The position numbers and the translations under genes were made by a program. Positions 14,988 through 27,919 of a DNA stretch of 64,000 nt are shown piece by piece; positions within the stretch are counted from its first letter, which is position 1, and each line of letters begins with the position of its first letter. The notes below the pieces were generated by a model. It worked only from the letters and a program-made list of their open reading frames with translations. It searched no databases and was not told where the DNA came from. Source of the stretch: Chrysomallon squamiferum (taxonomy: Eukaryota > Animalia > Mollusca); NCBI GenBank assembly GCA_012295275.1, contig CM022669.1, forward strand, positions 7,936,001 to 8,000,000, read 5' to 3'.

Positions 14988-15841
14988 CCCTTTTATTAAC
15001 AGACTTTCGAAGTACTCCAATTTCTCCATGACCAGTAAGCTGCAAAGCATGCTGGGAGATTTGGAGGACAAGATAAAACAGGCTGATGCACAAGGCACTG
15101 CTCCCTCTTTTGGCAAGATGGCAGATCAGCTCAGTGAGAAATTCTCTTTTGCAGGTTAGTTTTTCATCTGTAATATTTCTCTTCTTTCTTTTATTCAAAA
15201 CTTTTATGTATTTAATATTGCTACTATGTGCTTGTTATATTATTTAATTATTTTTTTTATTCATTGCAATGTAATTTCATTAAATGTGAACTCATTTAGT
15301 TCATATTAGAAGTACATAACTGAAGATAAGAAACTGCTTATCAATACTGAAAGGAATTTGGTTCAGACAAAAATTAATGAAATTACATTTAAGAGAAAAA
15401 TAAATTATGAATTCTCTAAAATGTTTTTGCTAGTGACAAAGGGTAACATGTTCTATGATTTAACAAAATGTTTACATTTACTTTATTATTATTTTTGTTT
15501 TCTCTCTTTAAGAGGAATACACTACTACTCCTATGTTGTTTCACTGAATAATAATCTTCATTTCCAAATAAAAATAATTATCTTACCCTCCAGGCACATC
15601 AGTTCTGCACAGACCAGTAAATCCCAGCTTCATGATGGCTAACATGTCAGGCACTGCTTTGTGGAGAACTTACTGCAACAAGGTTGAAGAAGGGGAGACA
15701 ACTGTGGCACAGCCAGTCTCAGAATCTTCAGAGGTAAATGAAAGATAGTTTGAAAGACTGAGTTACATAATTTTATATATATATATATATATAATTGTGT
15801 GCATGTTTGTGTGTCTGTCTGTGTCTGTGTGTGTGTGTGTT

Positions 15842-15929
<88 letters not shown>

Positions 15930-16371
15930 GAGACAGACAGAGATAGACAGACAGACAGTGATAAAGAGTTAAAAAGAGAGTTTATTTGAATTGTTTTAAA
16001 TATTTAATTTATTTTTCTTGGTTTGTTAGGATCGTTTTGACAGTCTGTGTGCTGATTTTGCTAAGAAGACACAAGAACTGATAGCTGTTAAAGACAGGAT
16101 CCACGAGCTTGAGGAGGAAGTTACCACAGAAATGGAAATCATAGAGAAATCATCTAGCAAAGATCGCTCCAAACATGAAGCTTTGCTGAAAGAAGCCTAT
16201 GAGAAGCTTGCCCAGGAGAGAGCCAAGCTTTTAACTGTGGAAATGGAAAAGAAAAAGACAGAAGAGCTCATAGCAGAATGGGAAAAAAGTCCTCAAAGTG
16301 GTGAGAAAACAGAAGAAAATGTTGCTCCCACAAATGTAAAAGCAGAAGGCAAATCAAAGAAAAAGAAATAA
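1..16371 (+). CDS. 5'-partial giant single-pass (type I-like) membrane protein: extracellular domain, TM helix, ~1200 aa cytoplasmic coiled coil, degenerate HExxH-like domain, C-terminal KSKKKK; uncharacterised family
   Basis: 27 GT-AG exons: <1-54, 351-839, 1248-1431, 1773-1843, 2305-2625, 3073-3242, 3637-3808, 4274-4449, 4696-4890, 5507-5710, 6274-6480, 7388-7516, 7910-8119, 8430-8636, 9214-9417, 9862-9965, 10298-10438, 10632-10820, 11269-11416, 11664-11827, 12379-12648, 13126-13396, 13758-14090, 14391-14688, 15003-15154, 15594-15733, 16030-16371 (TAA). Phases are consistent throughout except that 9862-9965 is 1 nt short. The TM segment WGLIIGLIAFFGACMVLLVVAVLVW spans exons 2/3 and is followed by KPR. 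The motif NPLVCL...[22 protein letters not shown] recalls giant Cys-rich (GCC2/GCC3-repeat) membrane proteins of ciliated eukaryotes (recollection, unverified). AATAAA at ~16377 and further downstream. Confidence 0.88.
850..1130. repeat. Intronic minisatellite, ~31-32 bp unit (ctcagtcttttattcatttttaatatgccaga)
   Basis: About 4-5 near-perfect tandem copies at ~875-1012, plus degenerate 'ctcagtcttta' copies at ~851, ~1055 and ~1118. Confidence 0.85.
5050..5430. repeat. Compound trinucleotide microsatellites (TAC)n/(TAT)n/(TTC)n
   Basis: Runs read directly at ~5062-5153 and ~5360-5428, in the intron between exons 4696-4890 and 5507-5710. Confidence 0.9.
6970..7380. repeat. Intronic AT-rich minisatellite, ~55 bp unit (gtgttatattgtaatatagtgtatttttattgtactacattttatttttatttgtt)
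   Basis: About 7 imperfect tandem copies directly upstream of the exon starting at 7388. Confidence 0.85.
7637..7790. repeat. (AAT)n/(GTT)n/(ATC)n microsatellites
   Basis: Read directly; they explain the spurious poly-N and poly-I ORFs at 7596-7839. Confidence 0.9.
15774..15958. repeat. (TA)n, (GT)n and (GACA)n microsatellites
   Basis: Read directly in the last intron of the giant gene; they explain the spurious CV-repeat ORF 15795-15989. Confidence 0.92.
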
Positions 16372-19300
16372 ATGTTAATAAACGTTTCTGTTGACACTGT
16401 TTTAAAAAACTGATTTTGATATTCATTTTAAACAGAAAATCAAAAACATTACTTTTTATATTGAGAGAAGATCAAAATTACAAGTATACTTAATGAAATA
16501 TGAATAATGTATTTCTTTTTACAATTAACATTTTGATAAAAAAATATATATATATTTAATGTGTTTTGTTTTGTCCATCCCTTATTCTAACCTTTTGTGA
16601 TACCTTAACAATATCTGTGATACAAAAGATTTATTATATTTTCTTTGTTTAATATATTTTGTTAGTTTCTTTTTTTAAATACATTTTTTATGCATTTATT
16701 TTAATTGTATTAAATAATGAAATGTATTGTTATAAAGGTTGTCTCTTATTTTTGTATTTAAACAATCTTTTATAAATATCTATTTTCACTGATTTAATTT
16801 TTGTTGTTTAATTTTATTCATTGCGACTCCGACTAATCCGTCCATGTTTTTGTGTTTAGTGATGATTTTCAAAATGTGATAAAACAGATTTTTTGGTGAT
16901 GGTATTTGTAATTGTTCATTTTAAATGGGTCCTGTTTTGTATTGTCCTTGTTTGACTCTGTTTTTTTTTGTTTTATTTCTTGACGTACTTCATTACCGGT
17001 AATCACAAAGACTCTGTGTGTTTTATAAGGATAGTTCTTCATTGTTGAAAGTTCCCTGTGATCTAGATCTGTTTATTTTGTTTTAAAGAGAATAAAATTG
17101 AAAATATCACTTGCAATTTTTGTAAATATTTTTAATTTTATTGGGTGTTTTTTTTATTTTTTGTTGTTGTGTTTCTGGTTTTAAGTTTTCTTTCATGTTT
17201 TGTTTTGTTTTAAATTTTTATTTTTATTTTATTTTGAAAATAATATTTTGGTTTTTTTCTCAGATTTTTATTTTTACTGGTATCATATTTAACCATGTTT
17301 AATTATTGATTTCGGATGTTTTACAACTTCAAATGAGATCTTTTTCTTCAATTTTAGTAAATAATACTGAAAATCAAAACATTCGATTGTTCTTATCAGT
17401 TTCCAAAAAAATGCATTTATTTACGGTTATAAAATTTAATTTCTTAATTGTGCAATGTTTGAATGATTTATAATCTGTCACTGTACTGTTGTATTTTTAA
17501 TTTCTTGAGTCAAACTTTACGATTTTAATTACGTATATCTGCCTTACATTTGTGTACATAAATTTACTGGTTGTGGTAAATAAAACTTTAAATTTATTTT
17601 TTTAAACATTTAGAAAAAACAAATTCAGATCTGTAATTGTAAGCAGAGATGCAGGCATCCTGGTGTGTTTGTAAAATGTGTGGTTTTGATTTTGGTGTTA
17701 GTTATTGTTTTTCTTTCTTAAATGTTGGAATTTAAGAAACTGAAACAAATTATTATTATTAAACAAAAAATAATAATCAAATATTTTATTTCCATATATT
17801 TCTGCAGCATAAAGTTAATATCTTTTTGTTGATACAAATGTGCTGGTCACATCAAATTTAATTTTGTATAATTATAAATGTATTTTTGTGAATTCTTTGT
17901 TTATTGGATATTAAAGAAAATGAAATAGTTTGAAGACATTATCACATTCACTAGATAGAAGTGTACTGAATGTTTTCAAATTACCTAATATCAATACAAA
18001 CACACCTCAAGTAAACTATGGTAACTAAAGAAACAGAGAAATACAAATCAGAATTATAACTGATAGAGATACTCGAGAAATTTTCAGAACAAAATGTCCT
18101 TATATTGATCATTGTAAAATAAACAAAAAATGTATATGTTGAAAAGTGCACATCTGTAAAGTTTCTTTTATAAAACAGTGTAAATAGTTCATTCAGTTGT
18201 AAATAGTCTGGTATGATAGTTACATGTTGTTTTACTTTTGCATATTTTAATAAAATTTTTACTTTTCCTCGTTGTTATTCTTATTTATTCATGAATTTTA
18301 TTAGATGATCATATTCTCTCTCCATCTCTCTCTCTCCATTTATTAATTTAAATGTTTTTGTTTTTAAAAAATGAAACCTACCAGTCACATGGATGACTTA
18401 TAATTCAGCAGTAAGGAATTATTCACCTGACAAGAGATGTGAACCAGTAAGGCAGTGACTGATTCAGGAAACAACAGACTCTGATAAGAACTGAACTTAT
18501 ATAGACTAAGAAACAACAGATGAAATGTGACTAAGTAAATTATTACAAAATAAAAGCCAGAGCAGTATCCTTAATGGTAACAGGCTAGTGAGTGCAATGG
18601 GGTATTAGTAAGTTATTAGATAAGACTTAAATAAATTAATGAGTGAACACAATCATCTTGATGCAGTTCAAAGTATATCAATCAGCTTGTCTTTTTTCAA
18701 ATTAAGTTTCACACAATTGTTTCAGTTGGTGTTGTGTGAGAAAACAGTTCTGATGTACTTATCTGACCAAATAACATACTGTGACAGGATTTGTGTACTG
18801 GTTATACCAGTAACATAAAATTGTATTTGATCTTTTTTTTTTCTTAAAAAACCTATTCAGTAATTTCAAATATAAATGACTCAGATGAAATAAAAACACA
18901 CACATTTTTGTTGTATATTTTATTTTTTCACATACAATGTTATCACAAAATGTAGTTTCAAAAAATAAAGAAGAATGCATTCAAAGGTGGAAAACAGTTT
19001 TTCACAATTTTTGCATTTCTATAATCATGTAATCAAACATTCATTCACCACTTAATATAAAAAAAAACATGAAAGGCATAAATAACTCAAATTCTAAACC
19101 ATTCAGACATCTAATTTCAAATATTATAGGTTCTTGCTGAATATAATGCTGAAGTATAAACAATTAAAAGTTCCAACCACCACTGTAAAAATATGGCTTA
19201 TGAGGAGTAATTTTAAAGCTTTGAAAATATTTTTTTTTTTACCAGAATGCTGGTTTGTAAAGATATATTTAATGCTGAAATGGTATTGTATATTTCTAAT

Positions 19301-19683
19301 GATAAAAGTTTCTAATTCAGAAATGTTGCTAAATCTAACAATTTAATGCTGAAATGGCATTGTATAAATTTAATGCTGATATAATGTCTATTAATATATT
19401 TATAAATTTTAATCTAATGCTGAGGTAAAACATATTTTTGATTGTGACAGTTAATAATACAAAATATTATGTAAATCATTTAGAAAAAATATTACACTTT
19501 TTTTTTAAAAATAGTCTTTAAAAATGTTTCTTATACAATGAATATTTTGCTTTCATTGCTGGTTGTACATATAAAAATATAATTTAAAATGTTTTACTAA
19601 TATTCTTTGGCTATCATATTTTCCTCACAAAATTTGCAGTTTTTATAAACAATGAATCAAACATTCCAGACAAAAGGATTGTT

Positions 19684-19723
<40 letters not shown>

Positions 19724-20588
19724 GGGGCCTTTTAATTTTATACATAAATATTTTAACAGTTTTAAAATTAAAACAACTAACCTGATTGGAAAAACTTAAA
19801 ATTATTTAACCTTTTAAAAAATTAGTAAATAAATAAATATACAAATGATATTTTTTTATATTTTGTTATTTATTTGCAATATGAAAATTACCAGTTTAAT
19901 TATTTTGGTCTTAAATATTTGGAAATGCAAAGTCAAAATGACCTATGAATAATTAGACCATCTTTGGTGAAAATCATTTAGCAGATAATATTTATATAAA
20001 CTTTCTGATATAAGTTAAATATCAATACAATTATTTCTACATTATCAGGCCCTAGATAACTACTTTTCCATTATATTTTTTATACAATTCAAGCAAAATT
20101 TGATGTATTTTTTCCAGTTTTTGTCCTGAGTTGTTTTTTAAACTGAACACATTTTCCCTTCTTATGAAAACAGAAAAAATTATAATGGACTTTTTGATTT
20201 ATGGGTAAAAGTGCCTCAGCCCAAGATTTTTCCATGTTATCATTAATTTGTGACATCTATACATATTTCAAATTTCATATTATAAATTTAAAGAATATAA
20301 TTTCTGGCCAGTCAGTCAATAAAAATAACAATAAAAGGAATATATATATTTTAGACGCTAAAAAAAAATATATGTCTTGAGTAATGCAAGGAATAATAAT
20401 AATATTAATAAAAGGTATATATATTTTCAAAAGTTTCAAAAGAATGATATATTCTGAGTTATGGAAGGCTATGTTTTGTTAGTTATATTTTGAGGTTATA
20501 GTTAATGAAGTATATGTATACATGATGCAGTAGATACAAAAATCGTTAATTAATACATTGTAACAACCATTCACTGATTTGTTTTACT

Positions 20589-22373
20589 TCATATTCTGTC
20601 TCTCTGAAATGTTTTGCCAATTGATTCAAGCTCCTTGTCATACATTTCATTCTCTCTGTCAAACTGTTGTTTCAGAGCTACTTTCCGAACCTGGAAGTTA
20701 AAATAATAATAATTAATGAAAAATATAAAATGAAATACATGTAAAACAATCATAATACTAATATATAAAAAATGCAAAAAATCACAGAAAAGCTTCTACA
20801 AAAACGGAATGATTTGTTTTAATAAAAGATGTCATAAGATGACTGCAGAATGGACTAGGAAGAGAAAGAGAAATTTTAAACATTTTATAAACAAAATGCT
20901 AATTTGTTGATTGATCTTAACCATAACGATGCCAAAATATGTAAATTTCCTAGAATACATTTCCATAGAACTATATTTGTTATTATGTTTGTGTTTGTGT
21001 ACAAGAATCCATGACAGGCTATGGTCCTTCCAGCTTAAAAGTCACTTATGTTCTTCTTATCAGTGCTTCTTAGGCTCATGGGTGACTAAAATTATGATTA
21101 AAACTGACATAACTTAATTAGGATTTCATGTAAATTGTAGTAACATCAACTCACTCTTTTCCAAGCAACATCGGACAACTGAAGTTCACCTTTCATGCCC
21201 TCCTGACGTTTCTTCTCTTTGACAAACCCTAGATTCTCTTCAGAACGCTCAAACCATAAAGATTTTTCTATCATTTTCTTCTCTCTAAAAAAACATTTCA
21301 TTGTTTAGTAAGATATTTTAATCCTTTTTTTTTAATTAAACAATATAACTAATAATAATTATTGTTCTTACTTTATAATTGTACTGATATAACATTAATA
21401 TTAATAAATAAATTCAAAACAGACGAATATGGGTCTAATAAAATTATTTATACTTCCAAATTATTATTTTATTGCCCTATGCAACATACCATTGATCTTA
21501 TTAATGCATGACAATAAAAATGATATTGTTAGTGATTGTGGTATCAAACATTTGAATGATGCCATTTTGCCTCATTATAATGTGGGTCATGACATCATTA
21601 CATACTTGCACAACTTTTTCTGATTAAAAGAATCTTTAGATCAGTACACAATCACATCACAACTATAGAAAAAAAATGTGGAAACTACATGATAATTTTA
21701 AATTATGCTGTAATGTTTTTATGCTTTGGTTTTAAATAAGATGATCGCTATGCAAAATCAAAGACAGCATAACTTGAAAGTATGAAAACTATAGTTAGAC
21801 TAAAAATATAAACCCAAGTTTTCAGATTGTTTATAACTTTGATAGTTTATCTTAAGAAAGCTATTTTGATAATTACACTTCTCATATTGGAAATAGAACT
21901 ATTGACAGTGTGTTTTTATTAAGAGAATGATAATTTACTTACTTTTCTACTTTTCCAGCTTTGTCAAGCATCTCATCCTTAGTCTGAAAATTTCAAAGCA
22001 ATATTTAATTATTGTTTTACTTTGTAATTCATTAAACAGTTGCAGTAAATTACACCTTTTTATTACTACTGAAACTACAATAACAAAAACTACTACTGCT
22101 GGTATTCTCACCATCGCCATCACCACTGTTACTTTAATTAATTATTAGTATTAAAGTACTACAATTATTTTTAACAAGGATAGGTCAGTTCCTTTAGACC
22201 TAATGTTTATCAATAAATAAACAATAAATTATTAAATAAATAAATCCTACATGTTGCCAAAAAACGACTGGCGATAAAACAATTCCTACCATTATACTTT
22301 TGAGTAGCTGTTCTGATGGTGTTATCTTATTCTTTGCAGGCTCATCAAGCCGTTTCGCCATTTCTAAACTCAT
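20589..22373 (-). CDS. CFAP141: Cilia- and flagella-associated protein 141 (C1orf189 homolog), ~118 aa
   Basis: Minus-strand exons 22373-22290 (MSLEMAKRLDEPAKNKITPSEQLLKSIM), 21983-21943, 21284-21155 (EKKMIEKSLWFERSEENLGFVKEKKRQEGMKGELQLSDVAWKR) and 20690-20589 (VRKVALKQQFDRENEMYDKELESIGKTFQRDRI*). All are GT-AG and phase-consistent. The last exon matches my recollection of the CFAP141 C-terminus ([28 protein letters not shown]...). Confidence 0.8.
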
Positions 22374-22455
22374 TTTTGTAAAAGAAACACAATTCTGATA
22401 AAACTACAATAAGAGATTTCCTCAGAAATAACTACAGGTGAAAAAATATTTCACG

Positions 22456-22500
22456 GTTGCTACCGAAGCCTGCGGGTCACGTTAAATATTTACTTCCGGT
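22456..22500 (-). promoter_or_regulatory. CFAP141 proximal promoter: imperfect RFX X-box plus ETS site
   Basis: GTTGCTACCGAAGC at 22456-22469 (good GTTGCT half-site, weak second half) and ACTTCCGG at ~22492-22499, 80-130 bp upstream of the ATG. Confidence 0.45.
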
Positions 22501-22824
22501 TCAATTTTCTTTCATTGCATTCGTATAATTAAATGACATATTTAATTATTTAAGTGACTAATTATGTTAAGATAGGTATGCACATGTGCACGTAAATAAA
22601 TATGTGTGTGTGTGTGTGTATGGATTGGCTTCTGGTAAAACGTTCATACTTCTCTTTGATATCCAGAAACATTTCGATTTAATCTTTAACTCCTTTTAAC
22701 ATTTTTAGTGTTAAAGAATTTTACTCTAAATTAAACTGTGATACTTTTAGTTTTGCACAGCTCTTTACACAGAGTTTTAATCATTTAGGAATTTTAACAT
22801 ATTATGTAATCACCATTTTGTTGT

Positions 22825-22900
22825 GTTTATCTTTGGTTTGACACCCAACAGCCGAATTTTTGTGTGTGTGTGCTGAGGTTTCGTTAAACATTCATTCATT
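22825..22900 (+). mobile_element. Degenerate SINE 3' tail remnant
   Basis: tttgacacccaacagccga...gtgctgaggtttcgttaaacattcattcattc. A related degenerate copy lies at ~6632-6708 (gtctgacattctgacagccaa...atgctggagtttcattaaaca...attcattc). Resembles the tails of tRNA-derived SINEs (recollection). Confidence 0.45.
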
Positions 22901-22961
22901 CTATTGTAATACGAATAGCTAAGTTTCAGAAAGATACTTAACTCCGTTTTAACGTCAGTTA

Positions 22962-23017
<56 letters not shown>

Positions 23018-24629
23018 GCACACAACACTCACACACACACACACATTGGGTCACATATTATAATCAGACCATCGACAACATTAGGGCAGTATACAGACAT
23101 CTGACTTTTAAGGTTCAGTTTTGTTTTTACATATCTAAAATTATTGTTCAAATCAAAAATTGTTTTTGTTTACCATTTATTTCCATGCATTATTGTATAA
23201 AGGGACCACCTTCTTTATTTTGCATTGCTAATCACATCTACGATATATGTTTTACATTGAAAGCCCATTTGACCCAGCACCTGGGGTAAAAGGGCCGATG
23301 CAACATTAGCGGATATCGCGCCTTTAATACTGGCGCTGTTGGCATCTTAATATTCTTATGATACTTATTTTTACAATTTAAAATACATTTGCATTTCAAA
23401 TTATTTATTTATTTTTATTTATTTATTTATTTATTATTATTATTTTTTTTTTTTTTTTTTTTCAACAACATATCTTTTAAAATCGAATTGAGAAAATTTG
23501 CGGTGTTTATCTTCATATTGCTAACAAAACAGTCTCTGTCATGTAAAAAGGCACAAATTCTTCTTCGCTCTCTTATTTAACATTAACTTATTTCAACAAC
23601 AACAACAATAATAATTATAATTATTACTAAAATTATTGTTGATGTTGTAGCTCTTCTTCTTATTATTCTTATTATTATTTAACGAATTAGTCTATAGAGT
23701 TCTGATAATCAGTAGCCTATGTTAATTTCTGAAAGTATTACATAATACCAAGAAACATGACAAAAATAATCGGCCGGTCGCGTCAATGTAATATTCAGAC
23801 ACGAAAAATTAATATGCAGTTCGTGGATATATCATTAGAAACAATGTAAAGGCCAGACAAAAATAGATCTCAGTAACTATTTCTTTTTTGATAAATCAAT
23901 AATTTAAATACATTATGTATCTTCAAATTGAACCACAGTCAAATGACAATATAATTTCACTTGTCAGAACTCAGTTCGAGATTTAATTTAGAACTGACTG
24001 AATTTATAATAAATTTTTAGATATATTAGTTTTCTTTTTTAAATATTTTGTTTGCAGTTATTATCATACCTTGAAAAGTTCCCGACAAAGTATTTTCATC
24101 GACATTTTTATAATTTCAAAGGTGTTCACTAGACACTGTGTCTGCTTCTAACTTTGACGATAGCTACTCGTTTGACGTCATCAATTATTGATGTCATAAA
24201 CTACTGTTAGTCACTTTCTTCATAAAATTAAAGGTATATTTTTCAATTTCTAAAGTGTTGTTTAATTTTGCTAGGTTATAACAGTGGGGAACTGGTGAAA
24301 TAAAAATATATGTATCTGTTAGACACAGGCTGTTTTTTAATTTTTAATTTTTAACTTTTTAATTTTAATTTTGTTTTTGTTTTGTTTTGTTTTGTTTTGT
24401 TTTGTATAAAATTGTGATGTCTATTTTGTAACGCGAAAGCCCTGAAACACTTCAAAGAGTCGCATTTCAGAAATAAAATAAACAATTATTATTTATTTAT
24501 TAAATAAGACTAAATAAAACATGCTGAATTCTGAACAGAAAATGTTTTGTGTCATACATCTTACTGACAGGAAGGTAACACAATTATCTACCCTTAATTC
24601 GTGGCGCGACGATCAACAATTTTAACAAA

Positions 24630-25417
24630 ATGGGCGATGTTTTGCTAGTTAAAGAAGATGGGGATGAATTTGAAGTCGATGAAGAAGGAGACCGTAAGGA
24701 GTTTATTATTTTATTTTCTGATAATCATGGTGATATGCATTTTCAATTATATTATGTCAGTGACTTTATGTAGAGAAATGTATTAGTTCACAAATCTTCA
24801 TAATACACGTGTTTTCGTTAGTCACTTCTCAGGTCACTGTTGCACTTGCAGTTTCAATTTTAGATGATTTTTATGATGTCTTACTGTTAGTTATTAATAT
24901 TTTATTGTTAAGTAAGAATTGACAAATAAGATATAAAAAAAACTGTTGCTTGCATTCTGATTCCTTCACAATAACCTGAACAGTGGAATAACGACATTCG
25001 AAAAATTGTTAACTTCACAAATAATGAATATCCAAACAAAAGTTTTCCATTATCAAAAGATGAACTTGAACGGCTTGATACGAATTTATTGATCTGTAAT
25101 ATATCAGTATACTTTAATATACATACATACAGGCACATACACATACATACATACATACACAGTGGTCTCCCCAGCATTTGTGAAAGGGATGGCAGGAATC
25201 GGGAAAACTGGTGCAAGTTAAAAAAGGGATAGTACAGAACAATGTTCAAATTGCTTGTTTGTCAAAAATGCTCCTAAAAATAATTGCTTCAAATGCATTA
25301 ACTATTAACAAGTTTATTTTATTTGCAATTAAATACAATCAAAGTGTCTGTTGCCAGTGAGTTTTGTCTGTCTGTTCTGTTAATTATATTCTTCAATGAA
25401 TATATTTATACAAACTA

Positions 25418-25465
<48 letters not shown>

Positions 25466-25922
25466 TTATGAAAATGTGATGTTGAGTTGGCAATGGGCTG
25501 TTAATAATTATAATTTTTATACTGTGCGAATCGAGTGCATATCTGTTTTTGAAGTATGAAGATAATATTTAAAAAAGTTATTTATGTATCTAGGATAACA
25601 TAATTATTATACAGTTGATCACTGAAATTCACACACAATAATTTAGCTGCATAGCATCTGCTACAATAGCCTTGATTACACAAACTCTGTGAGTAGCAGC
25701 AAACTTCAGAGGAGGAGGGTAATATGTAAATATGACAGTTGCCATTTCGGATTACATCTATTTTGTTTAGGGACATGACAGGTGAACAGTTGACCCCAAA
25801 AGTGCAAAACAATGGCATGACAGGCAATCTAAATAAACAGGTGGCAGATAGTGCTGCCGTTGCTTCCAAATGGTGGGTGAACTCATAAGGAAGCCATCTC
25901 TTATAGTATGTAGTGAGACCTG

Positions 25923-25965
<43 letters not shown>

Positions 25966-27919
25966 TTGTGTGTGTACTTCACATGTTACTATTTTAATAT
26001 AACATTTCAATTTGTCACAGAAGGGCTTCTGAAACTAAAAGAAAAGGCCAAGAAAAGAAAGGGACGAGGATTTGGATCAGGTATTTTGTTTACAACAATC
26101 TGCATTAATTATCTATATTAACCTTTCCATCAGTCCATCACAGAGACGATCAAGATATGGATTTTCAGATAAAGAATACTGTATTCTTCATACCTAACTG
26201 ATTCATTGACAGAGATTTCCACTAACAGTAACAGTAGGAACATTACTAATGTCTGATACATGTCTTCTTTATAACTTTTTTCGTCTCATTACCGTTTCCA
26301 AATCTGAAAAGTTAACTAAGTGATAAATTCTGAATGTAAAATAAACTTAGAGTAAAATAGAATTCAGAACTGAATAAAACATTTTTCATTTATTAAGAAA
26401 CATTTTTAAAAAATGATAATAATGTAACTGCTTACTGTTTTTACATTTTTTTACTGAAGTATGCTATCATGTAATTTATAAATACAGCTTTTACAGCTAA
26501 ATGAAAAATGAAATAATATTTTCTGCAGATGGCCCCACAAGAAGTGGTGTGGAGGACTTTGAGGGGATGGAGGTGGAAGATGATTCTGATCGTGATGGAC
26601 CAGGCCCTCAGAGATGTGAGAATACTAAACAGTGCTGATAGTTGTCTTTCTTATCAGCATTAATTATATTGTTTTTATTATTTATTTATCCTTTATTATT
26701 ATTATTATTTTGTTAGGGATAACTTTTCTGAGATAATATATATGTTTATAATATTTTGATGTGTATAATAATAGTTTAATCAATTATATTGTTCAAAAAT
26801 AATACTTCTGCATTAAATAACAAGATAACAGTACAAACAGTCTCTTTGTTCTCATTGTAGTTGTAATTGATTATTATTTTTATTTTTTTTTCAGCTGTTG
26901 AAGGGTGGATTTTGTTTATCACTGGAGTTCATGAAGAAGCACAGGAAGATGACATATTTGACAAATTTTCTGACTTTGGGGAGATCAAGAATGTACATCT
27001 AAATCTTGACAGAAGAACTGGTTTCTTGAAGGTCAGGTTTAAACTTTACTTATTGTAATGTGAATAACTCCATAACATTCATAAAAACATTCTGATACTG
27101 CAAGATGTTTTCATTTTCAATATTTATGTGTTGTTTTATAGCCTAAATGCTTTTATTTTATTTCAAAATGGCTATTTTAAATGATCCAAGCATGACAGTA
27201 ATAAATGTAGGGAAGAAGAGGTTGTTGTTGCTGTAAGACATAAGCTTTATTGTGGTTTTCATTATGTTTTCTTTGTTGTGATCACAAAACATGTGTTATA
27301 GAATAGTGTATAAAAATAAACACAAATAATTTTTTGAAAGAAACATTAACTTTGCTAATAATAATCTCTGTTGTAAATCTGAGAGAAAATTTTAATATTT
27401 CTAAATAAGTTACTTGTAATGATGCTGGAAATTCACTTGTTTGCTTTGGTTATCACTGGATTTTGATTGCAAATCATTTTAAACTGTATTTTATTACAGG
27501 GATATGCTCTTGTGGAATTTGAAACATTCAAAGAAGCCCAAAGCGCCTTGGAAACTTTAAATGGAACAGAAATTCTTGGTCAGAAAATCAGTGTTGATTG
27601 GTGTTTTGTCAGAGGCCCTCGTCAGAAAAGGTAACAAAAAAGAAGTTTTTAATCAACTGATTTCATATGTAACAATAACAACATTATCAGACAGCAAAAT
27701 AATTCAGAATTTTTAAAAAAAAATTATTTGTAGCAGATGATATTAAGATACCCACATATTATTTTTAAACTGTATTTTGGAAAGATCAAGGTGCAGTTTG
27801 TCAATTTTTATTGCATGTAATGTGTTAATTTAATCATTTTTAATTACAGTCGTAATCGGAGAGATGATAGGAGGGATGATAGAAGAGATGATAGGCGAGA
27901 TGATCGAAGGCGCCGCTGA
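24630..27919 (+). CDS. RBM8A: RNA-binding protein 8A (Y14/Tsunagi), exon junction complex core subunit
   Basis: Six GT-AG exons, phase-consistent: 24630-24693 ([21 protein letters not shown]), 26021-26080 ([15 protein letters not shown]), 26529-26615 (GPGPQR), 26895-27031 ([46 protein letters not shown]), 27500-27630 ([14 protein letters not shown]...VDWCFVRGP) and 27850-27919 (TGA). These are diagnostic Y14 motifs. Confidence 0.97.

Noticed and set aside
25160-25250. CAGTGGTCTCCCCAGC hAT-like terminus in RBM8A intron 1
   Set aside because: No matching second TIR or target-site duplication found, so an element cannot be delimited.
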